From NCBI GenBank assembly GCA_963749915.1, contig CAVVOP010000020.1, forward strand, positions 128,001 to 192,000: a stretch of DNA of 64,000 bases, read 5' to 3'. The notes under the pieces were generated by a model, which was not told the DNA's origin, did not search any database, and saw only the letters and a program-made list of their open reading frames with translations. This document shows, piece by piece, positions 60,073 to 64,000 of the stretch. Source of the DNA: an uncultured cyanobacterium. GTDB lineage: Bacteria > Cyanobacteriota > Cyanobacteriia > Cyanobacteriales > Cyanobacteriaceae. Both the position numbers and the translations under genes were made by a program. The first letter of the stretch is position 1; every line of letters starts with the position of its first letter.

Positions 60073-61738
60073 ATTCATCTGCCGGTAAGCCGAAAGTTTT
60101 TTTAACTTTAAACCATTTTTGCCGTAAACTCCAGAATTTACTGCTTTCCATGGCGGCAATTCTATCGTTAGCTTCTTTTAATTGATTTTCAATTTGTCGC
60201 ATTTCATTTTTAATATCCCCATATTGTATTTCATCAAAATAGCTAACTTGTATCATACTATTATCGTCAGAAGAGTTATTTTCTAATTGATAAACATGGT
60301 TTTCACACTTGTGCAACTGTTCTGTTGTTTGTTGCAACTTCCATCGTAAATCAGCCATTTGTGAGGGTAAATCTTGCAGTTGTTGTACTGCTGTTAATAA
60401 CATATATATTTGTCTTTTACGCCATTTCTCCGGAGGAATTTTGGCTAAAAATTGACGTAGGGAGTATTTCGCTTTGGCGGACATTTCCTGATGTAGGGGA
60501 TATTCGGAGGTGACGAAGTATTCATATAAAGGATAAGGATAATAAACAATATTTTCTCCCGTAACGACGGCGGCAGTGATGATTTCCCAATTCTGGCTAT
60601 CAATGTCTTTGTCTTCCGTATAGGGAAATTTATCTAATAATGTGCGAGAAAATAAACAACATTCTCCACCATAAGCATTACCTTTCATCATGGTGGGCAA
60701 TGTACCTCCAGCATAACTGACAATGCGATCAACTGCTCCAATTTCTTTTTGCGCACTGGTGACAATGACGGCATTGGCATTAACGGCGGTTTCGACAAAT
60801 TTTTCGATGGTTTGAGGAAAAAGGGTTACTTGAGGATTAAAAGACAAGAAAAAATCCCCTTCAGAAATGTCTAAAAGATGATTGCCTATTCCGCCAATGC
60901 CCTTAGTTTTTTGTAATTGTATAAATTTAAAGTTGGGGAAAAGAGATTTTGCATGAAGGAATAAGTCTTTACTTTCCGAATCTTGAGAGTTATCGTCAAT
61001 AATAATTACCTCTAAATGGGGATAAGTTTGAGTTTCAATACTACTGAGACAATCAATTAAATATTTTCCTTGATTGCGAGAAATAATCCCCAAAGTTACT
61101 TTATTTGTGGGTTTTTCGGTGGTTTTTACTTCGGCAAAAGCCTTGTCAATATAGGCAATTTTTTCCTGCAATAATTTTTGATTGATATTTTCTAAAGTAT
61201 TTTTATCAGCAACTTTTGGTGTTTGAGGATAATCCGTTAATGCTTCCTGCAATTTTTCCGCCAAAGAGTCCGCATCTTTTGGTTTAAACCAGTATAAACC
61301 CTCTGTACGTTGCACTAACTGTAAAGTTTCTCGGAAACCCCCCGTATCTGATACCACTAAACTTACGGGTAATTGTCCCATTTCTAAGGCTGTATTCGGG
61401 AAATTTTCTTGGGGACTGGTTAAGCATACTATGGCATGATCTAATTCTCGAATATACTCGATGGCCTGTTGACTATAAAAGTCACTAATAATTTCATAAC
61501 TAATATCATCATCCAATTCTTGCTCGATATATTGTTCACTATTTAGATGCTTTAATTCTGCGGAATACAAAGGGACAACTTTTCCCATGAAAATAATATT
61601 AATTTTTTCCTGCCATTCAAGGGGTAAAAATTTAACAGCAGAGATAAAAGTACATAAACCTTTTCTTTCTTCTAAACGTCCAAAAAAAACCAATGAAATT
61701 AGATCATTTTTCTCAGTCTTTAAAGATTCTTGTGACAT
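60071..61738 (-). CDS. GT4 C-terminal lobe + GT2 domain + coiled coil
   Basis: FFGRLEERKG, ENFPNTALE, then YL.DCL.SI..QTY..LEVIIIDD.S. Confidence 0.85.
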   Translation of the reverse strand: MSQESLKTEKNDLISLVFFGRLEERKGLCTFISAVKFLPLEWQEKINIIFMGKVVPLYSAELKHLNSEQYIEQELDDDISYEIISDFYSQQAIEYIRELDHAIVCLTSPQENFPNTALEMGQLPVSLVVSDTGGFRETLQLVQRTEGLYWFKPKDADSLAEKLQEALTDYPQTPKVADKNTLENINQKLLQEKIAYIDKAFAEVKTTEKPTNKVTLGIISRNQGKYLIDCLSSIETQTYPHLEVIIIDDNSQDSESKDLFLHAKSLFPNFKFIQLQKTKGIGGIGNHLLDISEGDFFLSFNPQVTLFPQTIEKFVETAVNANAVIVTSAQKEIGAVDRIVSYAGGTLPTMMKGNAYGGECCLFSRTLLDKFPYTEDKDIDSQNWEIITAAVVTGENIVYYPYPLYEYFVTSEYPLHQEMSAKAKYSLRQFLAKIPPEKWRKRQIYMLLTAVQQLQDLPSQMADLRWKLQQTTEQLHKCENHVYQLENNSSDDNSMIQVSYFDEIQYGDIKNEMRQIENQLKEANDRIAAMESSKFWSLRQKWFKVKKTFGLPADE

Positions 61739-61768
61739 AATTTTTAGATAAATTTTTTGAAAATAAAG

Positions 61769-63367
61769 TTAACCAATTAATAATTTTTCTACGATAGATA
61801 ATTCAGTATCAGGTTGATAAAGGGCAGTTTGTTTGATTAATTCTAACTCTTTTTGGGCTTCCGCCATGTCGCCTAAATTAATTAATACCATGATTTTCGC
61901 TGCCAGAATATTAGGTTTAGCCTCAGGAGGAACTATACTTAAAGAATAATCAAAGGCTTGATTGATTTCGGTACGAGAAAAATCCTCAAGAGAGTAAGTT
62001 TTTTGTAGAAGTTCTGAAGGAATTTGCCTGATATATTTGAAAATTACTGAACCCCTGGGGACATATAACATAGGTTCAAAATAGTCTTTTAAACGATACA
62101 TAATTAAATGAATCCAAACGCAACGATAATGACAAAAATCTTGATGTTGAATCACCGAAATATTAGGCACTAAAGCTGGAAAAAATTCTTGTAAAATATG
62201 ATTAGTCAAGTTCCAATCTTTCATTGCATCAACTAATAAAAATTCAATGGGTTTATTCTCCTCCCATGTCATGGTTTTTAAATCCCCTACATGAATTTTC
62301 ACTTGATTTTCATAAGGTTTAATTTGTTCAATAAAACTATCTAAAAAATTATCTTCATCATTATACTTATTTTCTAAAGGCGTATTTTTTACTTCTTCAT
62401 TCATCCATTTTTTCCAAATAAATCGCTCATAAGCATGTATTTTTATCTGGTTATTATTAATATGAGAATTGTTATTTAATCCTATAACTAAAGGTAAAGT
62501 TAACGAACCCAACCAACAACCTAAATCAACAATTTCTCCCTGGCCAGTATATTCATTTTCAGCGTAATCTTTGACATAACATCTCTCTTGCTTTGATGTC
62601 ATTCCTAAAGCGTTAATAAGCCGAGATTCCAATTCATATTTTGTATAAGTTAAAATCGGTTGAATGGGGACAAAATAAGGACGATTATGGGCATGATTTG
62701 TTCGCCAACCATAGGATTCGACTTTATTTTTCAGGAAAAAAGAAGGGAAAAAAGCTAAATCTACATTCTCATAAGCCACCTGTTCTCGATGGCAAGATTT
62801 ATTAAACCAATCCTCTTTATTAATACTATCATTAGCCTCAAAAACCCATTCAAAACAACCATGAATAGTGATATTTGTCAAGCAATTTTTCCCCAACAAA
62901 TTCGCTTTTTTAGCCTGAATTGTATCATAACCAAATCCGTTAACATCAGGAAATTCTATATAAATTTTACTATCCTTAAAAGTAGAAGAAAACCCCTGAC
63001 AATAAAGCCAACTACCCACACTCTGATATTTAAAATAATAATCTTCTTTGGCTTGATTTAAGATAAATTTATGTTCTTGAGTTAAATTTAAAATCTCATC
63101 TACTTCCGAGACAGAAAAGATATGTTTTAACGCCCGAATATGAGATTTTCCACGATATTTTTCATCATTTTGACAAATAATTAAAATCACCGCCCAACCA
63201 GCTTGAGCCATTTTTTGACTTAAGCTAGTATAATAGGTACCAATGCCACCGTTACGGGAAAATCCTTCATATTCATTACTAATTAAAAGGGCAATTTTAG
63301 AATAATCTTCTCCTTGAAATTGTTGTAAAATTTTACTCTTAAAACTGATTAAATGTTGTTTGATCAT
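61769..63367 (-). CDS. GT4 N-terminal lobe fused to class I SAM methyltransferase
   Basis: NEYEG..RNGGIGTY and FPS.FL followed by IVDLGCWLGS and FLLVDAMK. Confidence 0.8.
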   Translation of the reverse strand: MIKQHLISFKSKILQQFQGEDYSKIALLISNEYEGFSRNGGIGTYYTSLSQKMAQAGWAVILIICQNDEKYRGKSHIRALKHIFSVSEVDEILNLTQEHKFILNQAKEDYYFKYQSVGSWLYCQGFSSTFKDSKIYIEFPDVNGFGYDTIQAKKANLLGKNCLTNITIHGCFEWVFEANDSINKEDWFNKSCHREQVAYENVDLAFFPSFFLKNKVESYGWRTNHAHNRPYFVPIQPILTYTKYELESRLINALGMTSKQERCYVKDYAENEYTGQGEIVDLGCWLGSLTLPLVIGLNNNSHINNNQIKIHAYERFIWKKWMNEEVKNTPLENKYNDEDNFLDSFIEQIKPYENQVKIHVGDLKTMTWEENKPIEFLLVDAMKDWNLTNHILQEFFPALVPNISVIQHQDFCHYRCVWIHLIMYRLKDYFEPMLYVPRGSVIFKYIRQIPSELLQKTYSLEDFSRTEINQAFDYSLSIVPPEAKPNILAAKIMVLINLGDMAEAQKELELIKQTALYQPDTELSIVEKLLIG

Positions 63368-63421
63368 GATTAAATATGGAAGGTAAAAATTGATTCTTGA
63401 CTTTTGATTTTTGCTGTATGG

Positions 63422-64000
63422 TTACTTTTGCATAATAAAGTTTAAAACTGCATTAGTAAAGGCAAAAGGCTTATTAATTTTTTGTTTAATGAAATAGTCT
63501 TTTAATAATTCTTCCTGCAATGTTACGGGAAAAAGTTTACGAATTAAAGAATCATCACCATCAGCAATAATTAAATCATTTAAGTCAGCATTAAGGGCAA
63601 TTTCAAACTCATGAAAACTTACACCATTTCCCCAACGAATTAATGTTTCTATTCCTTCACTTATATTTTTTTCCGCCATTGCTTGATCAAGAGAAAATTT
63701 AAAATCTTCTCTGGGAGATTTATGATAATATTCAATGGCTAAATCTTCTGGCAACATATGGAAAAAATCTAACCAGGAAGTGTGATGATCATAATATGTT
63801 AAGCGATTTGGAGTTTCTGTTATGATTAAAATTCCATGGGGTTTAAGTAATTTCCATGTTTCTGATAGCACTTCCAATCTCTCTTTGATTTTCATGTGCT
63901 CTAACACTGCAAATAAAAGAATCACATCAACACCATCACTATGATTTTTTTTAATTATTGATAATGAATTTTCAGGAGTAACCTGAGTTATATCAACATT
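63422..64000 (-). CDS. Class I SAM methyltransferase (5'-partial; frame open to window edge)
   Basis: DVILLFAVLEHM, LLKP.G.LII.ETPNR. Confidence 0.8.
   Translation of the reverse strand, partial: NVDITQVTPENSLSIIKKNHSDGVDVILLFAVLEHMKIKERLEVLSETWKLLKPHGILIITETPNRLTYYDHHTSWLDFFHMLPEDLAIEYYHKSPREDFKFSLDQAMAEKNISEGIETLIRWGNGVSFHEFEIALNADLNDLIIADGDDSLIRKLFPVTLQEELLKDYFIKQKINKPFAFTNAVLNFIMQK

Overview
AT-rich cyanobacterial chromosome segment (about 20 HIP1 GCGATCGC octamers, heptamer STRRs, ycf35/ycf46/pedR; consistent with a Geminocystis/Cyanobacterium-like unicellular strain, which is an inference). Core genes (clpS, ycf46 operon, prxQ, pedR, ribBA, alpha-2-macroglobulin, murE, dnaK, wzc, glycosyltransferases) are interleaved with visibly GC-richer accessory blocks: arginine synthetase-like GTPase plus carbamate kinase; mscS plus TPR/DUF481; the 3' half of an N-ATPase operon; an internally deleted sulfatase; an IS4/IS50-type element joining two headless genes; a divergent pyruvate kinase; and a 10-kb co-oriented stress island. 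The two best leads: (1) a compact nitrogen-control unit largely missed by the ORF track: promoter with overlapping NtcA-like box, glnA-type glutamine riboswitch with an SD-sequestering hairpin, a 44-aa IF7-like GS inactivator and pirA; (2) an arcE-arcC pair suggesting an ATP-yielding arginine (possibly cyanophycin-fed) catabolic route in a cyanobacterium. No rRNA, tRNA or CRISPR array was seen. All family assignments are from motif recognition, not database searches.
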